The notes under the pieces were generated by a model. The model saw only the letters and a program-made list of their open reading frames with translations. It was not told the DNA's origin and searched no databases. Shown piece by piece: positions 19,038 through 28,222 of a stretch of 39,652 nucleotides of DNA. The position numbers and the translations under genes are program-made. The stretch is from the IMG/VR virus record IMGVR_UViG_3300032233_001177, positions 1 to 39,652 of that record. One strand, given 5' to 3'. Origin of the DNA: a virus (lineage: Duplodnaviria; Caudoviricetes). How positions within the stretch are numbered: the stretch's first letter is position 1; the number at the start of each line of letters is the position of its first letter.

Positions 19038-21122
19038 ATGACAGTCAACCAGGAAGTCAAAGGAACTCTTGCCAAACTGCTGGCAACCGAGAATCTTCAT
19101 GTGGAGCACCGTAACGTGCCTACAGCATACTTTGAGGTTGACCGTCGTGTACTTTGCCTGCCAATCTGGAAGAACGTTTCTGGGACCGTATACGACCTTC
19201 TGGTGGGTCATGAGGTTGGTCATGCTCTCTATACACCAACTGAATATGGTGGAATTGATATTCCGAAAGATTTTCTCAATGTAGTTGAAGATGCTCGTGT
19301 TGAGAAATTGATGAAACGTCGTTATCCTGGATTGACTCGTTCTTTCTTTAAGGGATATACTGAACTATATGATAGTGACTTCTTCGAAGTTAAGGAAAAA
19401 GACCTTGGTAAACTGTCACTGATTGACCGTGTAAATCTTCACTTTAAAATTGGTGGAGTTGGTTGTGTAGTCCCTATCAACAGGGATGAAATGGCAGTGG
19501 TTAATCAGATTGCTAATGCAGAAACTTTTGATGATGCAGTTGATGCGGCCATTGCTCTTTATGAACTTTCCAAAGAAAAGCAACAAGAAAAAGTAGAAGA
19601 ACAACAACCAACTCAAGGTGGGGGTGATACTACTCAAGAAGAGAGTGACTCTACCCAAGAGCAGGGTGAGGGGCAGAGTGAAGTGTCTGATACCAATGAA
19701 GAGAAGCAACAGGGTTCTGCAACATTTGAAGGTTCTACTGGTGTAGAAACTAGTAGTGATACTGGAGGTGTTGATGAAATGGAATCCATCACCGAAAATG
19801 CTTGGAATAAAAATCAAGAATTACTTGTGGATGAAAATGCTAAAGAGTATTTTTATATGGATGTTCCTAATTTTAATTTGCAAGATACGATTGTAAGTTA
19901 TTCTAAGATTTACAATCACTTGAATGAACATTATTCTGAAGTCAGTAATCAACGTCCTGGTAGGAATGAGGAAGTTCTCAAAATGTTTGCGAAGTACAAA
20001 AAGGAAAGTATTAAAACTGTTAATTACTTGGTAAAAGAATTTGAATGTAAGAAAGCAGCAAATAATTATCGTCGGTCTAATACTTCAAAAACTGGTATCT
20101 TGAATACTCAAAAACTCCATACCTACAAATGGAGTGAAGACCTTTTTAAAAAAGTTACTACTATCCCAGACGGAAAAAATCACGGACTGGTATTTTTCTT
20201 GGATTGGTCTGGTTCAATGTCGAATGTTATGCACAAAACAATGAAGCAACTCTTTGACCTTGTGTGGTTCTGCAAAAAAGTTTCTATTCCTTTTCGTGTT
20301 TATGCATTTAGTGACAATAGTTGGAATACTGACCTTTTCCCTGGTTGTCCAGCAAAAAATGATGAGAAACATATTTGGACAGAACAAGATTTTCGTTTGC
20401 TAGAACTTTTGTCATCTAAAATGAGTACACAAATTCTCGATAAACAAATGCGTAATTTGTGGTGTCAATCATACTACTTCCTTAATGATGGAATTTATGA
20501 TAGTCGTTATCATCTTTGTGGAACTCCATTGGTAGAAACTATTCTTTCTACTCCTCAAGTTGTGGAACATTTTCAAAAAAATGAAAAAATTGAAAAGGTA
20601 AATGTTGTTTATCTTACTGATGGTGAAGCAGCACAACCAAGTTGTTGCCATTATTCTAAAGGACTTGGTACAGTAACTCATTGGCCAATGTATAACAATA
20701 AAAATTATGTACTACGTGACCCCAAATCACGTTACTCCAAAGTTTTAGATTTCTACAGTGATACTGTAACTACTGAATTTATTGAGTTCATTCAAAATAT
20801 TGTTGATTATAATATTCTTGGATTCCGTCTATGTGGAAAATCATCGGCAAAAGAAATGATTGATGTAAAAGAGTACGTGCAATTTGATAAAGAATGGAGT
20901 AAAACAAAATCCTATGTGATTAAAAACAAAGGATTTGATGAACTCTATGTACTTGGAATTTCTTCCAATAGTTATACTTGGTGGAATCCAGAACAGGAAG
21001 AATCTGCTGCTGATATTCAAGGTACTACAACTGGACAACTTTCAAAATCATTTGGAAAACATATGAATGGAAAGATGCTCAATAAGGTAATCTTATCGAA
21101 ATTTGTGGGTCAAATCGCTTGA
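19038..21122 (+). CDS. HExxH metallopeptidase-like + acidic linker + vWA domain protein (CobT-like partner of the MoxR ATPase)
   Basis: HEVGH, EDARVE, DWSGSM MIDAS, GTPL, LTDGE; start moved to ATG 19038 (SD GAGG, after promoter). Confidence 0.85.
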   Translation: MTVNQEVKGTLAKLLATENLHVEHRNVPTAYFEVDRRVLCLPIWKNVSGTVYDLLVGHEVGHALYTPTEYGGIDIPKDFLNVVEDARVEKLMKRRYPGLTRSFFKGYTELYDSDFFEVKEKDLGKLSLIDRVNLHFKIGGVGCVVPINRDEMAVVNQIANAETFDDAVDAAIALYELSKEKQQEKVEEQQPTQGGGDTTQEESDSTQEQGEGQSEVSDTNEEKQQGSATFEGSTGVETSSDTGGVDEMESITENAWNKNQELLVDENAKEYFYMDVPNFNLQDTIVSYSKIYNHLNEHYSEVSNQRPGRNEEVLKMFAKYKKESIKTVNYLVKEFECKKAANNYRRSNTSKTGILNTQKLHTYKWSEDLFKKVTTIPDGKNHGLVFFLDWSGSMSNVMHKTMKQLFDLVWFCKKVSIPFRVYAFSDNSWNTDLFPGCPAKNDEKHIWTEQDFRLLELLSSKMSTQILDKQMRNLWCQSYYFLNDGIYDSRYHLCGTPLVETILSTPQVVEHFQKNEKIEKVNVVYLTDGEAAQPSCCHYSKGLGTVTHWPMYNNKNYVLRDPKSRYSKVLDFYSDTVTTEFIEFIQNIVDYNILGFRLCGKSSAKEMIDVKEYVQFDKEWSKTKSYVIKNKGFDELYVLGISSNSYTWWNPEQEESAADIQGTTTGQLSKSFGKHMNGKMLNKVILSKFVGQIA

Positions 21123-21147
21123 CCCCTTGGGGTTGATACCCTATAAT
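21119..21147 (+). promoter_or_regulatory. Sigma70-type early promoter
   Basis: TTGACC-17 nt-TATAAT; -35 within GGGTCAA-ATCGC-TTGACCC inverted repeat. Confidence 0.85.
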
Positions 21148-21182
21148 AACAAGGTAAGCAACAGACCACTCCACCAGCACTC

Positions 21183-22253
21183 ATGGCAAAACAAATGCAA
21201 CTTTCTGAACTGACTAGTCGTTTTGGCACTGAAATTACTTCTGCAAATCTTCAAACATATTCTGCAGAAGTTGGAATCTCATATCAAACTCTAACTAAAA
21301 AACTTGAACAATATAAAGTTGGTCGGGGTCGTTGGAATCTTACGGTTAAAGAATTGGAACAAACTTATAATTCTCCTGCTGCTGAACCTGCCGTAAATAC
21401 TCCTGTGTCCTATATTCCCACTAAAGATGATTCTTTTGTTTCCTTTGGAAATTTTTCTGACATCAAAAAAATCATTCAATCTAAACAGTTTTATCCTGTA
21501 TTTGTTACTGGTCTATCTGGTAACGGTAAAACTTTCGGTGTTGAACAAGCTTGTGCTCAACTGAAGCGTGAGTTGATTCGTGTTAACATCACCATCGAAA
21601 CTGATGAAGATGATTTGATTGGTGGTTTCCGTCTTGTCAATGGTGAGACCGTGTGGCACAATGGTCCTGTGATTGAGGCACTGCGACGAGGTGCTATTCT
21701 TCTGCTTGATGAGATTGACCTAGCATCAAATAAAATTCTTTGTCTTCAATCGGTACTTGAAGGTAAAGGTGTTTACCTGAAAAAGACTGGTGAATATGTT
21801 GTACCTACTGCAGGATTCAACGTATTTGCTACTGCTAACACCAAGGGTAAAGGTTCTGATGATGGTAGGTTTATCGGTACTAACGTTCTGAATGAAGCAT
21901 TCCTTGAGCGTTTCCCAATTACTTTTGAGCAAGAATACCCCTCTGAAAAGACAGAAGTTAAAATCATTTCCAAAGCACTTGATGGTAAAGATGATGATTT
22001 TGCTGAAAAACTTGTTAAGTGGGCTCAAGTTATTCGTAAAACTTTTTACGATGGTGGTGTTGATGAAGTGATTTCCACACGACGTTTGGTTCATATTGCC
22101 AAAGCATTTAACATCTTTGGTAAGCGTGATAAAGCAATCGAGGTGTGTGTAAATCGTTTTGATGCCGAAACCAAACAATCATTTTTGGAATTGTATTCTA
22201 AAGTTGATGAAACCGTAACCTCTGAGGTTGTTGACAACCAACAACCTTTCTGA
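21183..22253 (+). CDS. cobS: MoxR-type AAA+ ATPase (cyanophage CobS-like)
   Basis: GLSGNGKT, LLLDEID, ATANTKGKGS.DGRF.GTNVLNEAFLERF, STRRL. Confidence 0.9.
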   Translation: MAKQMQLSELTSRFGTEITSANLQTYSAEVGISYQTLTKKLEQYKVGRGRWNLTVKELEQTYNSPAAEPAVNTPVSYIPTKDDSFVSFGNFSDIKKIIQSKQFYPVFVTGLSGNGKTFGVEQACAQLKRELIRVNITIETDEDDLIGGFRLVNGETVWHNGPVIEALRRGAILLLDEIDLASNKILCLQSVLEGKGVYLKKTGEYVVPTAGFNVFATANTKGKGSDDGRFIGTNVLNEAFLERFPITFEQEYPSEKTEVKIISKALDGKDDDFAEKLVKWAQVIRKTFYDGGVDEVISTRRLVHIAKAFNIFGKRDKAIEVCVNRFDAETKQSFLELYSKVDETVTSEVVDNQQPF

Positions 22254-22259
22254 TATACT
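22231..22259 (+). promoter_or_regulatory. Sigma70-type early promoter
   Basis: TTGACA-17 nt-TATACT with TG extension, inside the cobS 3' end. Confidence 0.8.
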
Positions 22260-22300
22260 AAAGAGGTTATTCCTCCCTATTTACTGGAGCAAATTTAATT

Positions 22301-22609
22301 ATGTTTTGGAAGTATAATGAGAAGCAAATTCTCAAAGATATTGAAGACTATGTGGTGAGTACATATCACGGTCACTACTGTGGTGACCAAACTGGATATG
22401 AGGATATCCAAACCATTGATTTGATGGCAGCAAAGAAACTTGCTGGTTCATTCTGTCAAGCAAACATCCTTAAATATGGTTCTCGTTACGGTGAGAAGGA
22501 TGGTCGTAACAAACGTGACTTGCTTAAAGTCATTCACTATGCTATGCTACTGCTTCACTTTGACGGGCATTATACCCGTACTGAAAATGGTCTTTCTGAG
22601 TTTAAATAA
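22301..22609 (+). CDS. Conserved hypothetical protein (DUF3310-like)
   Basis: TY..HY, FC.ANILKY.SRYG.KDG....DL.K..HYA. Confidence 0.75.
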   Translation: MFWKYNEKQILKDIEDYVVSTYHGHYCGDQTGYEDIQTIDLMAAKKLAGSFCQANILKYGSRYGEKDGRNKRDLLKVIHYAMLLLHFDGHYTRTENGLSEFK

Positions 22610-22611
22610 TT

Positions 22612-23301
22612 ATGAGTCAAATTAGTATTAGTAGGTCCACTCAAGACCTCCTTAAGAATTTTATTACTATCAACAAATCGATTGTAATCAAACCTGGAAA
22701 TATTATTTCAACACTTTCAGTAAACAAGAACATCATGTCTCGTTGTGTTGTTCCCGAGGAGTTTCCCAAGCAAGCATCAATTTATGATTTGTCTGTTTTG
22801 ATTGGTAGTCTTGGTCTTACTTCCGACCCCGTTCTAGATTTTTCTAAGGAGAATTGTTTGGTTGTTAAGGACACCAAAACAAAGTCTAAGAGTACAATTT
22901 ATTACTCTGACCCAGACATGATTGTAACTCCACCAGACCAAGATATTCAACTTCCACAACCGTCCAATGTTCAGTTTACTCTTAACATGGATGTTCTTAG
23001 TCGATTGAAAACTGCTGCTAATGTATATGCAGTTCCTGACCTTTGCCTTTACGGCCATGATGGCGTACTGAGCATGTGTGTTACAGATAAGAAGAATGAA
23101 ACTTCAAATGCTTTCTCTGTTGAACTCGGTGAAACTGAAGAGGAATGTTGTTTCTGCTTCAAGATGGAAAATCTGAGATTGCTTCCAGATACTTATACGG
23201 TAACTATTGCTGGTGGTAAAGTTGCCTTGTTTGAGGGAAGTCGTAATAATAATGGTTCAATTAAATATTGGATTGCACTGGAACCAGATACCAGTAAGTG
23301 A
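22612..23301 (+). CDS. gp45: Sliding clamp
   Basis: LKNF..IN.SI, IYDL, F.FK.ENL.L, YWIALE; precedes gp44. Confidence 0.92.
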   Translation: MSQISISRSTQDLLKNFITINKSIVIKPGNIISTLSVNKNIMSRCVVPEEFPKQASIYDLSVLIGSLGLTSDPVLDFSKENCLVVKDTKTKSKSTIYYSDPDMIVTPPDQDIQLPQPSNVQFTLNMDVLSRLKTAANVYAVPDLCLYGHDGVLSMCVTDKKNETSNAFSVELGETEEECCFCFKMENLRLLPDTYTVTIAGGKVALFEGSRNNNGSIKYWIALEPDTSK

Positions 23302-23325
23302 TAAATTAATTGTGGAGGATTGATT

Positions 23326-24270
23326 ATGAAAGAACATTTTCTTTGGGTTGAGAAGTATCGTCCTCGTAAGATTGACGATTGTATCCTTCCACTAAGTATT
23401 AAACAAACTCTAAAGGAGTTTGTGGAGAAAGGAGAGATTCCTAATCTACTTCTTTCTGGTCCCCCAGGAATTGGAAAGACGACTGTAGCAAAAGCAATTT
23501 GTGAAGAGATAGGAGCAGATTATTATGTCATTAACGGGTCTGACGAAGGAAGATTTCTGGACACGGTACGGAACCAAGCAAAGAACTTTGCTTCGACCGT
23601 CTCACTTCAAGCAACTGGTAAACACAAAGTCATCATCATTGATGAGGCAGATAACACAACCCACGACGTACAACTCCTTCTACGGGCTAATATTGAGGCG
23701 TTTTATAGCAACTGTAGGTTTATCTTCACAGCAAACTTCAAAAACAAAATCATTGAACCCCTTCACTCCAGATGTGCCTGTGTTGAGTTCTCAATCCCAG
23801 GAAAAGAGAAACCGACAATCGCGGCGGAGTTCTTTAAGCGAGTACGGGAAATCTTGGTTGGAGAAAACATTGAATACGATGAGAGGGTAGTTGCTGAAGT
23901 AATTCATAAGTATTTCCCTGATTGGCGTCGTACTTTGAATGAACTCCAGCGTTATTCTGCTGGAGGTACTATTGATACTGGAGTTCTTGCTCAGGTATCA
24001 GATATTAAAATGAATGAACTTACGACATTCCTTTCCTCTAAGGAGTTTACCAATGTTCGTAAATGGGTTGTTTCCAATCTTGATAATGACCCAACTATTA
24101 TTCTTAGGAAGATTTATGATTGCCTTTATGAGGCTCTTGTACCATCAACTATTCCTGCAGCAGTATTGATTCTAGCAAAATATCAATATCAAGTTGCATT
24201 TGTTGCTGACCAAGAAATTAATCTTCTTGCTTGTTTAACTGAAATTATGATGGAGTGTCAATTTAAATGA
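23326..24270 (+). CDS. gp44: Clamp loader large subunit
   Basis: LWVEKYRP, GPPGIGKTT, IIDEAD, LHSRC; ATG 23326 after SD GGAGG. Confidence 0.96.
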   Translation: MKEHFLWVEKYRPRKIDDCILPLSIKQTLKEFVEKGEIPNLLLSGPPGIGKTTVAKAICEEIGADYYVINGSDEGRFLDTVRNQAKNFASTVSLQATGKHKVIIIDEADNTTHDVQLLLRANIEAFYSNCRFIFTANFKNKIIEPLHSRCACVEFSIPGKEKPTIAAEFFKRVREILVGENIEYDERVVAEVIHKYFPDWRRTLNELQRYSAGGTIDTGVLAQVSDIKMNELTTFLSSKEFTNVRKWVVSNLDNDPTIILRKIYDCLYEALVPSTIPAAVLILAKYQYQVAFVADQEINLLACLTEIMMECQFK

Positions 24271-24557
24271 ACGTAAAACTTATTCGTATGTCCTCTGGTG
24301 AGGATGTTATTGCTGAAATTCTGAATGAAACTGAACGAGATATTTTGGTAGTTCAGAATGGAATTGTTGGTATTCCTACTGGAGAAGGTAGACTGGCCTT
24401 TGCACCTTGGTCACCGTTGGTTAGTAAAACAAATAAAGAAATTGAAATTGCTAGACGGTTTATTGTTTATATTGCAGAAGTTGATGATGCAATTATGCAA
24501 CAATATGAAAGTATGTACAGTACTATTGTGACTCCATCTAAAAAACTTATTATGTGA
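24267..24557 (+). CDS. Hypothetical protein, putative Sm-like fold
   Basis: KLIRMSSGEDVIA...FAPWSP; ATGA coupling to gp44. Confidence 0.7.
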   Translation: MNVKLIRMSSGEDVIAEILNETERDILVVQNGIVGIPTGEGRLAFAPWSPLVSKTNKEIEIARRFIVYIAEVDDAIMQQYESMYSTIVTPSKKLIM

Positions 24558-25195
24558 TGAAATTTTTAAATCTATTTCCAGTTACAATTCACAAATTTGA
24601 TAATCCAAATCCAGAAACAGAGAGTTTAATTTCTGCAATTCAGAATCAAAAACCCTCGCAAAGGTATGGTAATTGGGAAGAAATGAAAATTCGAACAACC
24701 GATGGAAATTTGCATTTAAAACAAGAATTTAAATCCATTATGGATTTTTTTCATAAATGTCTTTTCGAATACCATGGACATTATCAACTAGATTGTGATA
24801 AACTAGACATTGCAGTATGCTGGGCAAATGAATCTCGTCCTGGAGATAATGCTGCTCATCATACTCATACTCACAATCTTTCTTATGTAAGTGCAGTTTA
24901 TTATGTTACTGACGGTTCTCCAACAGTATTTTTTGACCCAATCTACAGTAAGGGTGGGGAACAAATTGAAGTTTGTTGGAAGAATAACAAAGAGATTGAG
25001 CGAGAGATTCATCCTGAACCTGGAAGTTTAATTCTTTTTCCAAGTTGGTTACCACATTGTTCTAGGCCACATACAGGAAAAAAACCTAGATATACTATGA
25101 GTTTTAATGCTCTACCAGTTGGAAATATTAATTCTGGATTGTATGGATTCCCAATGGCAAATATATTATTAAACAAGTATGAAACTAACCCCTGA
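24557..25195 (+). CDS. 2OG-Fe(II) oxygenase (TIGR02466-like)
   Basis: LFP, WAN, HTH, SAVYY, PG.LILFPSWLPH, RYTMSFN; start is ATG 24557 or GTG 24554. Confidence 0.85.
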   Translation: MKFLNLFPVTIHKFDNPNPETESLISAIQNQKPSQRYGNWEEMKIRTTDGNLHLKQEFKSIMDFFHKCLFEYHGHYQLDCDKLDIAVCWANESRPGDNAAHHTHTHNLSYVSAVYYVTDGSPTVFFDPIYSKGGEQIEVCWKNNKEIEREIHPEPGSLILFPSWLPHCSRPHTGKKPRYTMSFNALPVGNINSGLYGFPMANILLNKYETNP

Positions 25196-26237
25196 AGATG
25201 CCATTTATGCAGCAGATAAATTTATTAATTACTACTCTCAATTTCAACGTATTGACGATTACATGAGGTTTGTAAAGAAGAGTCGTATTGCAAATGAATC
25301 TGGTACACTCTTTGGTCCTGAGGATGAGATATTTTCAAATTTTGATATTCATCCACAAGATATGAAATTTGGTATTCATGAAGTTGATACTTCATCTAAA
25401 CCAAAGAGTAAATACAATCAATATCTTTATTCTGAGGTATTGAACAAAACTGCTTCAAATGCTATTGAGGAAGCAATTCCTGGTAGAACTTTGAAGTGGA
25501 TTGTTGTAGAAGAAAATACTAACAAGATTATTGGTGTTGTTCGTTTTGGTTCTCCAACTATTAATTCTAAACCACGTAACAATTACTTTGGTGAAGTTCT
25601 TCCTCTGAGTGTAATCAACAAGGAGTTTGTGATGGGATTTAATATTGTTCCAACACAACCATTTGGTTACAACTATCTCGGCGGTAAGTTACTTGCTTTA
25701 CTTGCATCATCCAATGAACTTAAGAGGCAGTTTGATGCAAAATATGGAACTGACCTTCATTACTTCGAAACAACTTCTCTTTATGGTACAACAAAGGGAG
25801 TATCGATGTATGACGGGTTAAAACCATTTATGCGTCACATTGGAGATACTGAGAGCAACTTTCTTCCCCTGTTTCATGATGATGAGTTTCGTGATTTCTT
25901 TTGGTGGTTCAACGAACGTAATGGTGGAGAACGTCTTATCTCTGCAGACAAATCATCTAAGAAGTTGAAGATTCAAACCAAGATGATTTCAATCATCATA
26001 AACTCACTTTGCGATACCTTGAAACTACAAGAATTCAAACAGTGTATTAATCATGCAAAATCTCTCACCGAGAAAAAGCGTTACTACATGTCAGAGTTTG
26101 GTTATGAACCAGAACAAGTAATTGAATGGTGGAAGAAGAAAGCAACGAAACGATATGAGAAGTTAGTTGCTGCTGGAACTCTAAGAAATGAGTTAGAAAT
26201 TTGGAAAGATGGAATTGATTTGGAGATTATTCGATGA
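25179..26237 (+). CDS. DUF4338 / DruA-like protein
   Basis: PGR.L...V......IIG.....SP, LGGKLLALLA.S, FETTSLYG, S.YD motifs. Confidence 0.7.
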   Translation: MKLTPEDAIYAADKFINYYSQFQRIDDYMRFVKKSRIANESGTLFGPEDEIFSNFDIHPQDMKFGIHEVDTSSKPKSKYNQYLYSEVLNKTASNAIEEAIPGRTLKWIVVEENTNKIIGVVRFGSPTINSKPRNNYFGEVLPLSVINKEFVMGFNIVPTQPFGYNYLGGKLLALLASSNELKRQFDAKYGTDLHYFETTSLYGTTKGVSMYDGLKPFMRHIGDTESNFLPLFHDDEFRDFFWWFNERNGGERLISADKSSKKLKIQTKMISIIINSLCDTLKLQEFKQCINHAKSLTEKKRYYMSEFGYEPEQVIEWWKKKATKRYEKLVAAGTLRNELEIWKDGIDLEIIR

Positions 26238-26617
26238 CAGAATTGAAAGATTGGTTGAACAGTATTAACTTCACCAAAGAACATATTATTGATAATAATC
26301 CAGATAGTGCAAAGGAATATCCAGCATATATTATTAATCGTTGCTTCTCAGGATTTACTGATACCATTTTGTATGCAAACGAAATGAATCTAAATTCGCA
26401 CCTAGACAATAGGATGCAATATGACTTTTTTATAAATAGTCTGAGGAAGAGAAAACGTTTCTCACCTTGGTTAAAAAAAGAATCCCTTAAAGACCTTGAG
26501 TTGGTTAAGCAATACTATGGTTATAGTAATGAAAAAGCTAAGACTGCTCTTGGACTACTAACCAGAGAACAAATTAATTACATTAAGTCTAAGCTGAATA
26601 CTGGAGGAAAAAAATGA
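26234..26617 (+). CDS. gp62: Clamp loader small subunit
   Basis: ELKDWLNSIN, Y..YIINRC.S, ANEMN, RKRFSPW, YYGYS.EKA. Confidence 0.93.
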   Translation: MTELKDWLNSINFTKEHIIDNNPDSAKEYPAYIINRCFSGFTDTILYANEMNLNSHLDNRMQYDFFINSLRKRKRFSPWLKKESLKDLELVKQYYGYSNEKAKTALGLLTREQINYIKSKLNTGGKK

Positions 26618-27039
26618 CTTCTATTGATACTGAAGTTACTTGGTCTGAAGATGATATGATTGAGGTAACTCTTAAAGAGCCCGATGATTTCCTCAAAGTC
26701 CGTGAAACTTTAACTAGAATTGGTGTTGCTTCTCGCAAGGAAAAGAAGTTATATCAATCTTGCCACATTCTCCATAAGAAAGGCAAGTATTATATTGTTC
26801 ACTTTAAGGAACTATTTGCCCTGGATAGGAAAGAAACTAATTTTACATTGAATGATGTTCAACGTAGAAATCGTATCATTCAATTATTATCTGATTGGGG
26901 ATTGGTGACTTTGGTAAATGCTGATACGATTACAGATGCAGCTCCTCTAAATCAAATCAAAGTTATTGCTTACAAAGATAAAGGAGAATGGACTTTAGAA
27001 AGTAAGTATAATATCGGTAAGAAAAAAACTGCTCAATGA
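26614..27039 (+). CDS. regA: Translational repressor RegA
   Basis: PDDFLKVRETLTRIGVAS, LYQSCHILHK.G.YYIVHFKELF. Confidence 0.97.
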   Translation: MTSIDTEVTWSEDDMIEVTLKEPDDFLKVRETLTRIGVASRKEKKLYQSCHILHKKGKYYIVHFKELFALDRKETNFTLNDVQRRNRIIQLLSDWGLVTLVNADTITDAAPLNQIKVIAYKDKGEWTLESKYNIGKKKTAQ

Positions 27040-27072
27040 TAAATAGAGGAGGTCACACTCCTCTATTCTAGT

Positions 27073-27414
27073 ATGGCACCTCAAGCAAATAAGAATAAGA
27101 AACGTGAAATGCCAGTAAACACTTTGGTACGATTTATAATTCTCGGATGGTCTGCAGGATTGATGACATTCAGTTACATGGGTGTTCTTCCTAAGATGGA
27201 CCCAACATTTATTGCAAGTATCTTCACTGGTACTCTTGCAACCTTCGGTGTAGATACTATGCGTAAGAAGGATGATGAGGAAGAGGTAAAAAATGCCACG
27301 GGAAATTCCACCAATTCGACAGGTCCAGGGCCAGGTAGACCCCGTAAGACCCCTGCAGCAGATACAACAACCAGTGCTGAGGGACCTACAACCACCAGTA
27401 ATCCAGTCCCCTGA
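27073..27414 (+). CDS. Small membrane protein (two hydrophobic segments)
   Basis: LVRFIILGWSAGLMTFSY and DPTFIASIFTGTLATFGV; late promoter 27040-27045. Confidence 0.7.
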   Translation: MAPQANKNKKREMPVNTLVRFIILGWSAGLMTFSYMGVLPKMDPTFIASIFTGTLATFGVDTMRKKDDEEEVKNATGNSTNSTGPGPGRPRKTPAADTTTSAEGPTTTSNPVP

Positions 27415-28027
27415 AACAAAGGTTCCGATTGTTAACAGTCTGGATTTACCCATTGTTAACATTCCAAATCCAACATTAAATTATCCTGTAATCGATGTTC
27501 CGACACAGGAAGAATTTGATGCATCCGTGCAAGCACAGAAGCAGAAGGAGCAGGAGGAGAAGGCAGAGAAAACCCGAGGGTTACCTGATGCCCCTCCAGT
27601 GCTGCCTGCCATCGAGAAGGTCCTCCTAGCACCCTCTAAGGAGGCATCTGAGACCGTTCAACCGACCACCCAAGCAGAGAAACCAATTTCTGCAGAGATG
27701 CAGGTTCCTTTTCTAGGTTCTGTTCCAATTCCTACAAATAAAGAAGTTGCATTAGCAGGAACTACTGCTGTTGCTGCAACTGCGGCTGCTATTTTAGGTA
27801 AATCGGCTGTTGAATTTTTGTTGAAATTTTTTAAACCTATTGCCAATCAACTCATTGTTCGTGCTAAGAAACTATTGAACAAAGATTTGACTGACTATGA
27901 ATTGCAATTATATTTTGCTTTTGAGAAAGAACAACAGATGAAGAAGGTTGCTAAACTTCTCAAAAAAGAATATAAAAAAGAAAAGGTCCTTCAGTATAAG
28001 AAGGACCAGGAAAGGAAGATTAATTAA
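27293..28027 (+). CDS. Pro-rich hypothetical protein with central hydrophobic helix and basic tail
   Basis: 244-aa ORF, SD GAGG before ATG; AGTTAVAATAAAILG segment. Confidence 0.7.
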   Translation: MPREIPPIRQVQGQVDPVRPLQQIQQPVLRDLQPPVIQSPETKVPIVNSLDLPIVNIPNPTLNYPVIDVPTQEEFDASVQAQKQKEQEEKAEKTRGLPDAPPVLPAIEKVLLAPSKEASETVQPTTQAEKPISAEMQVPFLGSVPIPTNKEVALAGTTAVAATAAAILGKSAVEFLLKFFKPIANQLIVRAKKLLNKDLTDYELQLYFAFEKEQQMKKVAKLLKKEYKKEKVLQYKKDQERKIN

Positions 28028-28104
28028 CGCATTGCCATCGCAAGCTGTGCTGCTTGGATGCGTCTTTCCTTAAGAATTTTTTCTCTGATTAAAATAAGTG
28101 CCAT
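28024..28104 (-). CDS. 26-aa riboswitch-associated peptide MALILIREKILKERRIQAAQLAMAMR
   Basis: Not in track; SD AAGGAG 7 nt upstream; directly downstream of the glnA-type motif. Confidence 0.7.
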   Translation of the reverse strand: MALILIREKILKERRIQAAQLAMAMR

Positions 28105-28134
28105 TAGATTGCTCCTTTACTTTGTGGGTATTGG

Positions 28135-28181
28135 TGCGTTCCTTCGGTATCCCTACTTCCGTCACATGTGTGATGAACGTT
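28135..28181 (-). ncRNA. Glutamine riboswitch (glnA / Gln-I-like motif)
   Basis: Minus strand: CGUUC-A-UCAC-ACAU-GUGA-C-GGAAGUAG-GG-AUA-CC-GAAG-GAACG; P1 CGUUC/GAACG, P2, E-loop GGAAGUA/GAA, short P3; late promoter TAAATA at 28186-28191(-). Confidence 0.8.
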
Positions 28182-28222
28182 AGAATATTTAGACAGCATA
28201 GATTGTATAGTTTGATACAATT

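Noticed and set aside
26431-26438. TATAAATA inside gp62
   Set aside because: Could drive regA late, but is also explained by F-I-N codons in an AT-rich genome; cannot be distinguished here
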